DNA of 64,000 nt from an uncultured Planctomycetota bacterium (GCA_963823665.1 CAWGMQ010000005.1:1056001-1120000); one strand, 5' to 3'; shown: positions 1 to 10,074, counted from the first letter of the stretch. Notes: generated by a model not told the origin, from the sequence alone. Translations and numbers: made by a program.

Positions 1-63
1 CTCGGACCTCGTGGTAGAAGTGGCAATGCTCGGCGTTGTGGGCTGGGTGGATCCAGACGATTC
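1..63 (-). repeat. Gene-tail repeat copy 1 (cut by window edge), encodes IVWIHPAHNAEHCHFYHEVR
   Basis: Aligns with 807-960 and 1973-2117; same minus-strand reading frame. Confidence 0.85.
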
Positions 64-147
64 AGCGCAAGGCGCAGTCGATATTCGGTGCGCCGCGCGC
101 GGTTATGGTTCTCGCCCAGGAACACTCGGCGGGCGTAATAGACTCGG

Positions 148-806
148 TTAGCCTTTTTTGTTACGAGCTCTCGTGAGCTTTGAGCGTCTTGGTTGCTTGG
201 GCGGGGACGGGAGAGCAACATTTTCGACTTTCGCCGGACTCACTTGCTTGGCTAGCGATAGGCGCTCGCGCGCTCTTCGGATCGAGTTTTCGTTGTCGAC
301 GGTGATGCGCTTTTGTCGGGCGACGAAGGCGAAGTCGCTTCCGAGTTCGAGTATGAACGATTCAAGCTCGCGAAGAATCGCCTGTTCCACGTCCTTTTCG
401 GCGTAGGGATCGGTCAATCCGAGAAACGTGAGAAAGTAGGGGTCGCGAAAGACGAGGTCGGGCGTCATCCTATCCTCGTCGCGGAGCGCGGCGAGGTCCC
501 GGGCGATCAGCTCGTCCGGCTTCTTGCTGACCGCCGTGCGTTCATTGAGCAAGTGGCCGATTTTGTATCGGAGCGTGCGCACCGTCCATCGCTCGGCCCG
601 ACATAGTTCTGCGTAGAAGTCTCGCTTGAGTGCGTCCTTGAGCGGGAGGATCTCGATGAAGTGGCTCCAGCTCAATTGTTTCGACAGCGCCGAAACTATT
701 TCTGGATCTGGGAATGCCTCTGCCAACCACATCATTCGCGACAGACTCGGCTTTGAGTATCCACGCCCGTACTCACTCGTCAATTGTTTCGACAGCGCCG
801 AAACAG
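148..806 (-). pseudogene. YhcG/DUF1016 family remnant, N-terminally truncated and lacking the PD-(D/E)XK core
   Basis: VSALSKQL twice, LSWSHF, W..R.L, RDPY.L.FLGL, LELG.DFAFVARQKRI; jumps from VDNE directly to the family tail IRRARERL. Confidence 0.85.
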
Positions 807-960
807 GCCTCGAGGTCGTCGTCGGTCTGAAGGTCGTCGAGGATTTCGGATGGGCCGTCCCATTCTTCGACTTCGACGTAGAAGTTCGGGAGGTCGCCTG
901 GTTCGTCGTTGAAATGGTGGCAGTGCTCGGCTTCGTGGGCGGGATGAATCCAGACGATTC
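807..960 (-). repeat. Gene-tail repeat copy 2 (IVWIHPAHEAEHCHHFNDEPGDLPNFYVEVEEWDGPSEILDDLQTDDDLEA)
   Basis: Near-identical core cgaggatttcggatgggccgtcccattcttcgacttcgacgtagaagtt shared with copy 3. Confidence 0.9.
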
Positions 961-1057
961 GGTGGGTGGTTGCGTTTTCCGCGACGGTGGACGATCACTT
1001 TTGAGGGGATGTCGACCTGCGTTGGCTTGCGAGGACCGTAGTGCGAGCGGGATTGTT

Positions 1058-1546
1058 TCACTCTGCCGCCTGTTCCAGGACCTCGTTCCACACAGCTTCC
1101 GATAGCCGCATGCCTCGGGCGCGAAGATGCTCGAGCAGTACGCGCACTGAGGGAATAAGCCCGCGTTGTTTGGCGTCGATGAGTAGCCGTAGAGTCCCGG
1201 TCTTGGGAATCCCAAGCCGATCGGCTTCCGCGCGGGCGGCTCGATCATCGAGAACAACAGACGCGCCGGGCATTTCGAGAGCCACCGATAGAACGGCGAT
1301 CTCCCCGGCGTCGATTCTTCTGGGATTGATGTTCGCGTTCGGCGCAGGTGTCGGGACCACTCTAAGCCACGCGCTGGCCGCCGTTTCCACCAGACTTGCA
1401 CTCGGATCGTGCCTCGCGCCGAACATTACTTCATCGAACACGGCCGAAGGGACAATGACTTCAGAACCCTGTCCGGATTCACGAAGTAATTCGAGCAGAG
1501 ACAGTCGCGAAAGGTGGATCAGGGGTGATGCGTTAACGACGCGCAT
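1058..1546 (-). CDS. DUF3368 family PIN-domain protein (putative toxin)
   Basis: VVNASPLI, VP..V..E, DAGE...L, LDD..AR..A..LG....GTL..L..AK..G.I; overlaps the upstream antitoxin. Confidence 0.88.
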   Translation of the reverse strand: MRVVNASPLIHLSRLSLLELLRESGQGSEVIVPSAVFDEVMFGARHDPSASLVETAASAWLRVVPTPAPNANINPRRIDAGEIAVLSVALEMPGASVVLDDRAARAEADRLGIPKTGTLRLLIDAKQRGLIPSVRVLLEHLRARGMRLSEAVWNEVLEQAAE

Positions 1547-1799
1547 TCAGCGCCTGCATCGCTTCCGCCTTGAGCTCCTCGGCGGTTGTCTGAATTGCGC
1601 TGACGTTGGCTCGACCGAGCGCATCAATGAATTCCACGCGGCTCAGCCCAGCAATCTCAGCCCCCTTACCTTGGGAGATCAAGCCGCGATCGTACCAGAA
1701 GATTGCCGCGGCCAAGCGAAGCTGGGCCGGGAAGTCGTCTGGCGAGCACCAGCCGAGCTCCATGGCGGAGTCTGGCATCTCAAGAGTGATGGTTTTCAT
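1533..1799 (-). CDS. UPF0175 family protein (putative antitoxin), 88 aa
   Basis: LRLAAAI.WY..G.IS.GK.AE.AG.SR.EF...L; ATG at 1799; usual partner of DUF3368. Confidence 0.85.
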   Translation of the reverse strand: MKTITLEMPDSAMELGWCSPDDFPAQLRLAAAIFWYDRGLISQGKGAEIAGLSRVEFIDALGRANVSAIQTTAEELKAEAMQALNARR

Positions 1800-1928
1800 T
1801 TGGCCTGCTCGGTTGAACTCAATAGACTGGCCTGGGTTTCCGGCGAGAGCGTGATTGTAACCGTCCATGATTATAAGGCTTGGGCCATCAAGTGCGAAAG
1901 CTAGCCCACGATTGTTTGGTTTGCCTGA

Positions 1929-2117
1929 CTCATATTGTAGTGGCGCCGGTGGACTGGAGTTCCTGGAGCCATGCCTCGAGGTCGTCGTCGGTCTGGAGGT
2001 CATCGAGGATTTCGGATGGGCCGTCCCATTCTTCGACTTCGACGTAGAAGTTTGGCTCGTCGCCTGGGACTTGGTGAAAGAAGTGGCAATGCTCGGCGTT
2101 GTGAGCTGGGTGGATCC
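1929..2117 (-). repeat. Gene-tail repeat copy 3, keeps the natural stop (..DDDLEAWLQELQSTGATTI*)
   Basis: Alignment to copies 1 and 2; many differences are synonymous. Confidence 0.88.
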
Positions 2118-2672
2118 GAAGAATCCGATGGAAGGTGGTCCGTCCCTCACCGTGCTACACGATCGAGGGAATTCTGAGTCGACGGTCTTTCCCTGTGCCG
2201 ATCTGTGAGCACCTCAAGGAAGCGTCGACGAGTTCCGCGCACTGTGAGTAACGGCGCTGAGGCTATCGCTTTCGCAGTCCAACTTGCGGGGTTGAGAATT
2301 CAGTTTCTGCGTGGCTCGTATCGTTCGCGATGGTCGGACGGTAAGATTTTGTTGGAGAATCGGCCCTTTGGGAACTGAGTCGCTGGGTGACGTCCTGCGA
2401 TCGCGTGGGGAGCGAGCAATTCGACCACGCATTTCGCGTGCGCTGGTACCGGCTGGCGTTGAAGGCCCCGCAGACCCTCGCGTGGTGGTTTCACACGACG
2501 GTCTGAATCCGGTCTCGGGTGCACCAGGAGCTCGGCGGCTTGCATTTGGCACAAAGACGGCGTCGCACGAGGAACGTACTTCCGATCAACGGTGATTTAG
2601 CTCGTTCGGCTGTTGTCGGCATCGTTTGGGTCACTGCGTCTCATTAATTCGCTCTGTTTGAGGTCGACACGC

Positions 2673-5600
2673 GTGTCTCAGAACTCAGCAAGTTCTACTA
2701 CTCAACCGCTGTCGCCTGGCCTATACGAGCAACTTGTCAATTCGATTCTCGATCACAAGTTGGCGCAGTTGCGCGAATCCGGCTTCCACGTAACCGATGG
2801 TAGTCTCGATGCGGGGGACAGCAGCGTCGCCTTAGCTGATTACGTCCGACAGGTTGTCCGCAGCGCTCTTGGTGAATTCACCGGCGATGATCGATTAGAG
2901 CGCCAGCTGGAGCTGGTTAACCGCATTGTCGGACAGTTGGAAGAGTCGGATCCGATGAATGAACAGCGGCTTGTAACGCCGGCACGGCTATTGATCGGTG
3001 TATGGCCACAGGACGAATTCGGGCGGAGGACGATCGAGCGGCCGGATACTCCGCTGGCGCTTGGATGCCTGCTCGCCGGAACGCGTCTTGACCCCACCCT
3101 GGTTTCGCAGATCCGGAAGGAGCTTTCTTCAGCGGACCGCGTCGATATCCTCTGCTCGTTCATTAAGTGGAGTGGCATCCGGATACTCGAGGATGACCTC
3201 CGTACTTTCACAGCGCGTTCTGCGGTTCGTCTGCGTGTTCTCACAACCAGCTATCTCGGCGCCACCGACTTAAAAGCAGTTGACCTTTTGGAATCGCTAC
3301 AGAACACCGAGGTGCGCGTTTCTTACGACACGCACCGAACACGGCTACATGCCAAGGCGTACCTTTTTCATCGCAACTCCACATTCGGTTGCGCTTATGT
3401 TGGTTCTGCGAATATATCGCATCCGGCTTTGACCGAGGGTCTCGAGTGGACGGTCAAGTTGAGCCAGTACGAGTCGCCAGGGTTGTGGCAGCGCGTCGTT
3501 GCAACGTTTGAGGCTTATTGGGAGGATCGGGAATTCGAGCCATATCACACCGCGGAACGGCCACGCTTGAAGCGCGCGCTCGAGGAGGAGCGGTCGGTCG
3601 GCACGTCCGGGCCGGAACCGTTCCCGTTCGAGCTGCGGCCATACGAGTTTCAGCAAGAGATTCTCGACCGACTCGACGCTGAGCGACGTATACAGGGGCG
3701 TGACCGCCACCTTGTCGTCGCAGCGACCGGAACCGGTAAGACGATGATCGCCGCGTTCGACTTTCGTCGGTGGGCTCGAGAGCAATCGATGGCAATCGGC
3801 CGGTTGCCTCGGCTTCTGTTTATCGCTCATCGCGAGGAGTTGCTGAAGCAGGCGTTGCAGACGTTCAGAGCGGTCCTCCGGGAACCAAATTTCGGGGACT
3901 TGATCGTTCGGGGGCACCAGCCGGAACAGCTCGATCACTTGTTCGTGTCGATACAGAGCTACAACAGCCGGGCGCTCACTGCCATGCCCGCTGATCATTA
4001 CGAGTATGTCGTAGTTGACGAATTCCACCATGCCGCCGCGTCGAGCTACAAGCTACTTCTCGAACACGTTCGGCCGCAGGTCCTCCTCGGACTGACCGCG
4101 ACGCCTGAGCGCGCCGATAATCTCGATATCCTTGCGTACTTCGATCGGCACCTCAGCGCGCAGATCCGACTGCCCGACGCGATTAATCGCAAGCTGCTCT
4201 CGCCGTTCCAGTACTTCGCGGTTAGTGACAGCGAAGATCTCAGTGGCCTGAAATGGCAGCGAGGCGGATATCGGCCCGATGAGCTCGACCGGATTTACAC
4301 CGGCAATGACCTCCGGGCGTCCTTGGTGATCGACAAAGTGCGCTCGATCGTGCTGGACGTACGAAGAGCCAGGGGTCTGGGTTTCTGTGTCAGCATCGCA
4401 CATGCCGAGTACATGGCACGAAAATTCCGCGAGGCCGGCGTTCCCGCCGAGGCTCTGTCGGCCGAAAGCGATCAGGCCGCTCGTCGAACGGCCCAATCTC
4501 GACTAAGTCGCTGCGAACTGAACTTCCTGTTCGTCGTGGACTTGTACAACGAGGGGATCGACATACCAGAGGTCGACACGGTGTTGTTCCTCCGACCGAC
4601 AGAAAGCCTCACCGTCTTTCTTCAGCAGCTCGGCCGAGGGCTGAGGTTGTGCGAGGGAAAGGAGTGCCTAACGGTCCTCGACTTTGTAGGACAGGCGCAC
4701 CGCAGTTTTCGGTTCGACCAGCGTTACAAAGCTCTCTTGACCGACCCTCGGGTGCGCCTCACCGAGCAGGTCGAGCACGGCTTCACTCACCTGCCAGCCG
4801 GCTGCGCGATTCTGATGGAGCGACTCGCGCGGCAGCACGTCCTTGAGAACATTCGGCAGACTTTGCGCCAGTTTCGTTCGACCCTGGAGGGTGCGTTGCG
4901 CGAGCTAGCTGCGGCGATGGATCGGCCCCCGTCGCTGTCCGAATTCCTAGAGTACACAGGGATCGAGTTGGACGACCTGTATCGCCGGAAGGTCTCTTGG
5001 TCGCGACTCGAGTCCACTGTTGAGCTACGACAACAGTTTGACGATCCGGATGAGGCACAACTCACCAAAGGTCTCCGGCGCGTTGCCCATATCGCGGACG
5101 CTGAGTGCATTCGGCAACTCCTCGTTCTACTTGATCCGGAGCTCTCGGAGCGATCGACCTTTACCCTCAACCCGCTCGACGAGCGCAGATTGTTAATGCT
5201 CGAAGTCGGTCTCTGGTCGCCACGGGGCCTGTCGGCTTCAGCGTCCGAGTGTCTCCAACGGCTCGACGCCAATCCAACGCTTCGCGGAGAACTCCGTACG
5301 CTGCTCGCGCTTCGGCTCGACTGCATTGATTCGGTTGCTCCGCCTATTCGTCTCCCGTTCCCTTGCCCGTTGACGTTGCACGCTCCCTACACCCGGGACG
5401 AGATTCTCGTCGCGCTGGGTCATTGGACTCGCAGCGAGCAGCCCGAGATGCGTGAGGGAGTCCTTCATCTGCCGCAATTACGAGCTGATGTATTCTTCGT
5501 TACGCTTCAGAAAACGGAGAAAGATTACTCGCCGACGACGATGTACCAGGACTACGCAATCAACGAGCAGTTGTTCCACTGGCAGTCGCAAAGTACAACC

Positions 5601-5840
5601 TCGGCCGAGTCGCCCACCGGGCGTCGTTACGTCGAGCACGTCGAGCGCGGCTACACCGTGCTGTTGTTCGGCCGAGAGCAAAGACAACGGCAAGGCAGCC
5701 TCGCGCTACCCTACTCTTTCCTCGGGCCGGCTCGCTATGTCGAACACAGTGGCAGCCGACCGATGACTATCACATGGCGCCTGGAATATCCGCTGCCAGC
5801 TCGGCTTTTCCGCTCGCTGGCCCGGCTCGCGGTGGCCTAG
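2673..5840 (+). CDS. PLD(HKD)-nuclease / SF2 helicase / DUF3427 fusion protein
   Basis: LHAKAY..GSAN (PLD), ATGTGKT, DEFHH, LTATP, QQLGRGLR, C-terminal Y.DYAI....FHWQSQ; probable GTG start after gaggt. Confidence 0.9.
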   Translation: MSQNSASSTTQPLSPGLYEQLVNSILDHKLAQLRESGFHVTDGSLDAGDSSVALADYVRQVVRSALGEFTGDDRLERQLELVNRIVGQLEESDPMNEQRLVTPARLLIGVWPQDEFGRRTIERPDTPLALGCLLAGTRLDPTLVSQIRKELSSADRVDILCSFIKWSGIRILEDDLRTFTARSAVRLRVLTTSYLGATDLKAVDLLESLQNTEVRVSYDTHRTRLHAKAYLFHRNSTFGCAYVGSANISHPALTEGLEWTVKLSQYESPGLWQRVVATFEAYWEDREFEPYHTAERPRLKRALEEERSVGTSGPEPFPFELRPYEFQQEILDRLDAERRIQGRDRHLVVAATGTGKTMIAAFDFRRWAREQSMAIGRLPRLLFIAHREELLKQALQTFRAVLREPNFGDLIVRGHQPEQLDHLFVSIQSYNSRALTAMPADHYEYVVVDEFHHAAASSYKLLLEHVRPQVLLGLTATPERADNLDILAYFDRHLSAQIRLPDAINRKLLSPFQYFAVSDSEDLSGLKWQRGGYRPDELDRIYTGNDLRASLVIDKVRSIVLDVRRARGLGFCVSIAHAEYMARKFREAGVPAEALSAESDQAARRTAQSRLSRCELNFLFVVDLYNEGIDIPEVDTVLFLRPTESLTVFLQQLGRGLRLCEGKECLTVLDFVGQAHRSFRFDQRYKALLTDPRVRLTEQVEHGFTHLPAGCAILMERLARQHVLENIRQTLRQFRSTLEGALRELAAAMDRPPSLSEFLEYTGIELDDLYRRKVSWSRLESTVELRQQFDDPDEAQLTKGLRRVAHIADAECIRQLLVLLDPELSERSTFTLNPLDERRLLMLEVGLWSPRGLSASASECLQRLDANPTLRGELRTLLALRLDCIDSVAPPIRLPFPCPLTLHAPYTRDEILVALGHWTRSEQPEMREGVLHLPQLRADVFFVTLQKTEKDYSPTTMYQDYAINEQLFHWQSQSTTSAESPTGRRYVEHVERGYTVLLFGREQRQRQGSLALPYSFLGPARYVEHSGSRPMTITWRLEYPLPARLFRSLARLAVA

Positions 5841-6360
5841 AGCTCAGCGCTCGGAGCGCCATCGGACAGTGCGCGATTTCAGAGCCACTTCAGAGCTGGA
5901 GGAGAATGGTCGCAGGTGCGTGCTGCGCAGTGCACACACTCGATACGCGGTTGCGATCTGCACAAGGCAGAACACGGGTTGCACGTCCATGCCAGCGGGA
6001 CTGGGTGGTGTTCCCTTCCAAGGGATCGGGAATGATCTAATCTGCTACAAGGGTTCTGACTCCAGCGAAGTGAAGGCTTCGGAAGCCTAGGAGCGCGCAG
6101 CGGAGCACAAACTTCCTGCTCAACTGGCGACGCGCAATGGCGCATACGCGGGTGGGAGCGGATAAATAGGATCGCCTGAAACATTCGGCATCACTTGTCG
6201 CTGACGCCGAGTCGGTCGGAGGCGATATGGCGCGGCTCGCCTGCGGGACTTAGAAATTTGGCAACAACGTGACACGGCGATGAGAAAGTCGTAGTATTTC
6301 CGGACGGCGAAAGTCGCGAGGTCGGCTTACCTACGCAGTAGTGGGCGGGTCACGCAGCCA

Positions 6361-6549
6361 AGACGCTACCCGGGTGACGAGCGCGAGCGGGCTCCAGAGG
6401 GTGTGACAATCCAGATTCACACGCTTCCGGTCCGCCAGCAAGAGCGCGGAGCTGTGATCGCAGAAAATGTTCCAACCTTAGCCGTGTGGATTCCTCAGTC
6501 AATGGCTGAGGGCTGGCTCGTTTAAGAGCGGGCCCAGGGTGAGTTGTGA
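6361..6549 (+). pseudogene. Probable C-terminal remnant of a Z1-domain protein
   Basis: RYPGD..VTIQIH..VPTLAVWIP..M...WLV, internal TAA at 6523, terminal TGA overlaps the GTG of the DUF4420 gene (GTGA). Confidence 0.5.
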
Positions 6550-7559
6550 CCGTGGATCTCTTCGCCTTGTTTGAATCGCTCGTGGTGCCGACCGAGTTGC
6601 CAACCGGGCGTAGCTTGTCGGCTGTGGAGATCCCAGGCTGGACAAGTCATCGACTGGCGAAGGATTCAGCCGGCTCACTGTGCCTGTTGGTGCGTGAGCG
6701 GACGTCAGCGCGCTCCGCAGCGCCGATTCGCCTGCAGAATCTCGTGGTGTCGTATCGCGTGCCGTGCGCAATTAGTCATCGCGACGGCACACAGGAAGAA
6801 GGAGTGTTCACGATCATTAAGTGCACCAGCAGCGACCCATCGCTGTTTCCACATTTTTTGCGGGTTCTCTCGCCTGTTATCGAGACGCTTGGTGCAACTC
6901 CAACGGCCGCGGCCCTGCGGCGGGCAATCTCGGGACTCGTAGATCTCTTTCAAGCACTCACGGCGCCAGCCAAGAAGGCTGTGCAGGGGCTTTGGGCTGA
7001 GTTGTTCGTAATCCGCTGTGCAAGCGATCCTGGCGCCTTAGTGGGGGCCTGGCATAACAATCCGTCGGAGCTCGTTGATTTTGTGAGCAGTCGTCAGCGG
7101 ATTGAAGTCAAAAGCAGTAGCAATCGAAGACGCGTTCATCATTTCTCCCTCGTCCAGCTAATGCCGCCGGCTAATTCAAGACTGCTTGTCGCGTCGGTCT
7201 TCGTCGAGCCGATAGGGGGTGGAGTGTCCCTTCGAGCGCTCTCGGACAACATTCGGCGTGTGCTCGCGAGCAAGCCTGCGTTGCTGACGCATTTCGACGA
7301 CGTTTTCTACTCGACCTTGGGAGCCAGTTGGAGCGACGTAATGGAGGACTGCTTTGACCTGGAACTCGCACGTGAATCTTTGGAATTCTTCGATTCTGTG
7401 AATCTTCCGAAGATCGACGCCACCGGGGTCCCGCGCACCGTGAGCGACGTTCGCTTCACTTCCGACATATCGGGAGCACCGGCTTTGACCTCAGCGACGT
7501 TGGGCGGAGCGGGTCCACTTTTTGCCGCCGCAATCCCCGGACAGCGAGAGCTTTTTTGA
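6546..7559 (+). CDS. PD-(D/E)XK motif protein, DUF4420 family
   Basis: QGLWAEL, W......VDF......IEVKS, H.FS..QL, S.VRF..D. Confidence 0.8.
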   Translation: MTVDLFALFESLVVPTELPTGRSLSAVEIPGWTSHRLAKDSAGSLCLLVRERTSARSAAPIRLQNLVVSYRVPCAISHRDGTQEEGVFTIIKCTSSDPSLFPHFLRVLSPVIETLGATPTAAALRRAISGLVDLFQALTAPAKKAVQGLWAELFVIRCASDPGALVGAWHNNPSELVDFVSSRQRIEVKSSSNRRRVHHFSLVQLMPPANSRLLVASVFVEPIGGGVSLRALSDNIRRVLASKPALLTHFDDVFYSTLGASWSDVMEDCFDLELARESLEFFDSVNLPKIDATGVPRTVSDVRFTSDISGAPALTSATLGGAGPLFAAAIPGQRELF

Positions 7560-7825
7560 GTAACATAACCGCAGCGCGACGGCTTAGAGGCGATCGAAAG
7601 GGTGCAAAGGCTTAGCGGGCCGTTATGCACGAACATCATGTTTACCAGACCACGGTAGCCGCTCCGAACGCAGAAGTTGTCAGACGCGTCCGCCGCTGAC
7701 GTGGTTGAAGTTTTTGCAGAGAACCTTCTTGAAACCGGGGCGGAGAAGAAGCCAAGCGGAAGGCTGGAAGAATCTCCCGTGCCTCGGATGCAGCCAATTG
7801 GCGAACCCTGTCGGAGGCGCACGCG

Positions 7826-8944
7826 ATGCCGGTCCATACTGCAATCCACACATGTCCGATCGAGCAGCTGCTCTTGGATGGGAGAAATCCTCGACTCGGT
7901 CGGCAAAACGTTCAAAGGAACCTGGGCCAGGACCAAATCCTCGAGCTCATGCAGAATTTCACGCTTGACGAACTTGCAGTGTCAATTCTCCGGAGCGGAT
8001 TCTGGCCGCAGGAGGCTCTGATTGCCGTTAAGGAAACACCTGCAGGCAATCTCACAGTCGTGGAGGGCAACCGGCGTTTGGCAGCATTGAAATTGCTCCA
8101 ACGGAGCGACGCCGGTGACGCGGTTCCGCCGCAATGGCGCGAGATGATTCAGCCCCATTCGAAAAAGGAAATAGGCGCCCTCCGTGTATTGCTTAAAAGC
8201 GTTCCGTATATCCCGGCTGATAGCCGAAAAGACGTTCAGAGTTATCTTGGATTCCGACATGTGACAGGCGTCAAGCAATGGGAACCGGCGGAGGAAGCAG
8301 AGTATATATCAAACCTAATTGAGTCTGGCTTAAATTACAAAGAAGTGACGGACGCCATCGGAAGTAAGGTGGAATCTGTTCGACGTAGCTACATTTCTTT
8401 TCGCATTCTGCTTCAAATGGAGGGGCAGAATGGAATTCACATTCCCTCGGTTGAGGAGAAATTTAGCGTTCTGACCTTGTCCCTCCGAACCGATGGGGTT
8501 CAGTCCTACCTCGGCGTTGACATCAGCGTCGATCCGGACAAAGCCGAACGTCCGGTACCTCCAAGCAAGCTTAACCATCTTGTGAAATTCGCTCTCTGGC
8601 TTTTTGGCAACGATGAAGAGGGCATACAGCCACTCGTCACCGATTCCCGGCAAATCGAAAATTTCGGAAAGATCCTTGAGAGCTCCAAAGGCGTCCAATA
8701 TCTCGAAAGCACGAATACTCCGCGACTCGAGACCGCTTACAGGATTGCTGGCGGTGCCGCCGCCGAGGTCGCTCAATTCCTGGAGCAAGCGTGGTTCCAG
8801 CTCGAAGAGGCTCTCGGTGTCATCCACCACGTTAAGCAATCGACACGGGTCAAGGAGGCGTCAGAGCGCATCGTGAGGGATGTCGAGCGACTCCTCACTG
8901 TTTATCCTGAATTCAAGTCCATCGTTTGCGGAAAAGTGAAGTGA
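7826..8944 (+). CDS. ParB/Srx-like N-terminal domain protein
   Basis: LLLD..NPRL, L..SI...GF...E.L, VVEGNRRLAALKLL, RH.TG...W. Confidence 0.8.
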   Translation: MPVHTAIHTCPIEQLLLDGRNPRLGRQNVQRNLGQDQILELMQNFTLDELAVSILRSGFWPQEALIAVKETPAGNLTVVEGNRRLAALKLLQRSDAGDAVPPQWREMIQPHSKKEIGALRVLLKSVPYIPADSRKDVQSYLGFRHVTGVKQWEPAEEAEYISNLIESGLNYKEVTDAIGSKVESVRRSYISFRILLQMEGQNGIHIPSVEEKFSVLTLSLRTDGVQSYLGVDISVDPDKAERPVPPSKLNHLVKFALWLFGNDEEGIQPLVTDSRQIENFGKILESSKGVQYLESTNTPRLETAYRIAGGAAAEVAQFLEQAWFQLEEALGVIHHVKQSTRVKEASERIVRDVERLLTVYPEFKSIVCGKVK

Positions 8945-8947
8945 CAA

Positions 8948-9889
8948 ATGAGCGTGCTTGCGGTCCCTGGCGCTGGGTTTGTGGAGAACTCGGTCAAAGC
9001 GCATCGATCGGATCTTATAATTGTCGCAGACTGGGTCGAAGGTTCCGCGCTTTTCTTCCGACGGCCAATCTCGAAGATGGAGGTTCGAGATTTCTTATGC
9101 GACAATGGCTACTATCAGGACCAGATGTTCGCTATGGCATTTGTAGATTTGCTCTGGGCTGAACTCAGAAGGAGAACGCAATGGACCAGCGCGTTTCCCG
9201 TGTTTACTCTCGATCAGAACAAGATTGAGCCAGCTATGTCGTGGCAGGATGCCATAGGGTATTCCTTCTGTCTTATGCTCACGTTTCTTCAACGTTACTC
9301 GCGTAAGCAGCACAAGAAACTTCATGGCGCGAGCTACGTAAGACAGGGGGAACTCTTTGAGCGCTTTAGCGAAGAGAGCCTCAGCAGTTTGGGCTGGAAA
9401 AGTCTTCGCACGGGCTGGGCGAGTGGAATCAGCAATAGCCGATTCAAGAGCTTAATCGATCGGGTAAGCAAAGAGTTAAACGAGGACTGGGTGAACAAGC
9501 CCGCTATTGCCCTCTTCAAAAAGGCTAAAGACGAAGGGCTGGATCTCGTCGTTCATCGGCCGTTTACTGACGGCCGCTGGGGACGCCCGTACTTCCTCGT
9601 GCAATGCGCGAGCGGCGGGGATTGGGAGAATAAGCTCCACACTCCCGACCTCGACGTCTGGAAGGCTCTCGTCTCCTTCACGACAGGGCCAAAGCGAGGG
9701 TTCTGCTTTCCCCTGGCCTTGGGCGACGACGAATTCCGGATGAGTTGCGTGAAATGCTCCGGCATGCTCCTCGATCGCTATCGCCTCGTATCAAGCGGAA
9801 CTGGTGTGGCGAGCGGATTGTCGTCGGCACTCTTAAGTGACTTACAGTCGTGGCTTGATCCACGTGTTAAGGCCCTACCGTTAGCGTGA
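8948..9889 (+). CDS. Hypothetical protein with restriction-endonuclease-like PD-(D/E/Q)XK signature
   Basis: GELFE, KDEGLDLV, FLVQCASG.DW..K; 3 bp after the ParB-like gene. Confidence 0.6.
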   Translation: MSVLAVPGAGFVENSVKAHRSDLIIVADWVEGSALFFRRPISKMEVRDFLCDNGYYQDQMFAMAFVDLLWAELRRRTQWTSAFPVFTLDQNKIEPAMSWQDAIGYSFCLMLTFLQRYSRKQHKKLHGASYVRQGELFERFSEESLSSLGWKSLRTGWASGISNSRFKSLIDRVSKELNEDWVNKPAIALFKKAKDEGLDLVVHRPFTDGRWGRPYFLVQCASGGDWENKLHTPDLDVWKALVSFTTGPKRGFCFPLALGDDEFRMSCVKCSGMLLDRYRLVSSGTGVASGLSSALLSDLQSWLDPRVKALPLA

Positions 9890-10074
9890 ACTATTACTCG
9901 GCTGCTTCCGTCAAATCGCTTCCTCTGCAGCAATAATCGCTTGCTCGACATCACGCGGTGCCTCTGTCTGCCAAAATGGAGCTCTCCGCCACAGAAGCCC
10001 ACACAGAATCGCGGGCGTGACCAGCCGGTCCAGCCCGAGCGCGTCGCGATCGCGTTCTCGCTCGGCAGCGACGA

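Noticed and set aside
807..1401. 5' extension of the 417-aa ORF, and the similar extension of ORF 1533-2150
   Set aside because: Out-of-frame read-through across the gene-tail repeat and the DUF3368 gene
2214..2600. Degenerate XRE-type HTH fragment (QAAELL)
   Set aside because: The match is too short to support
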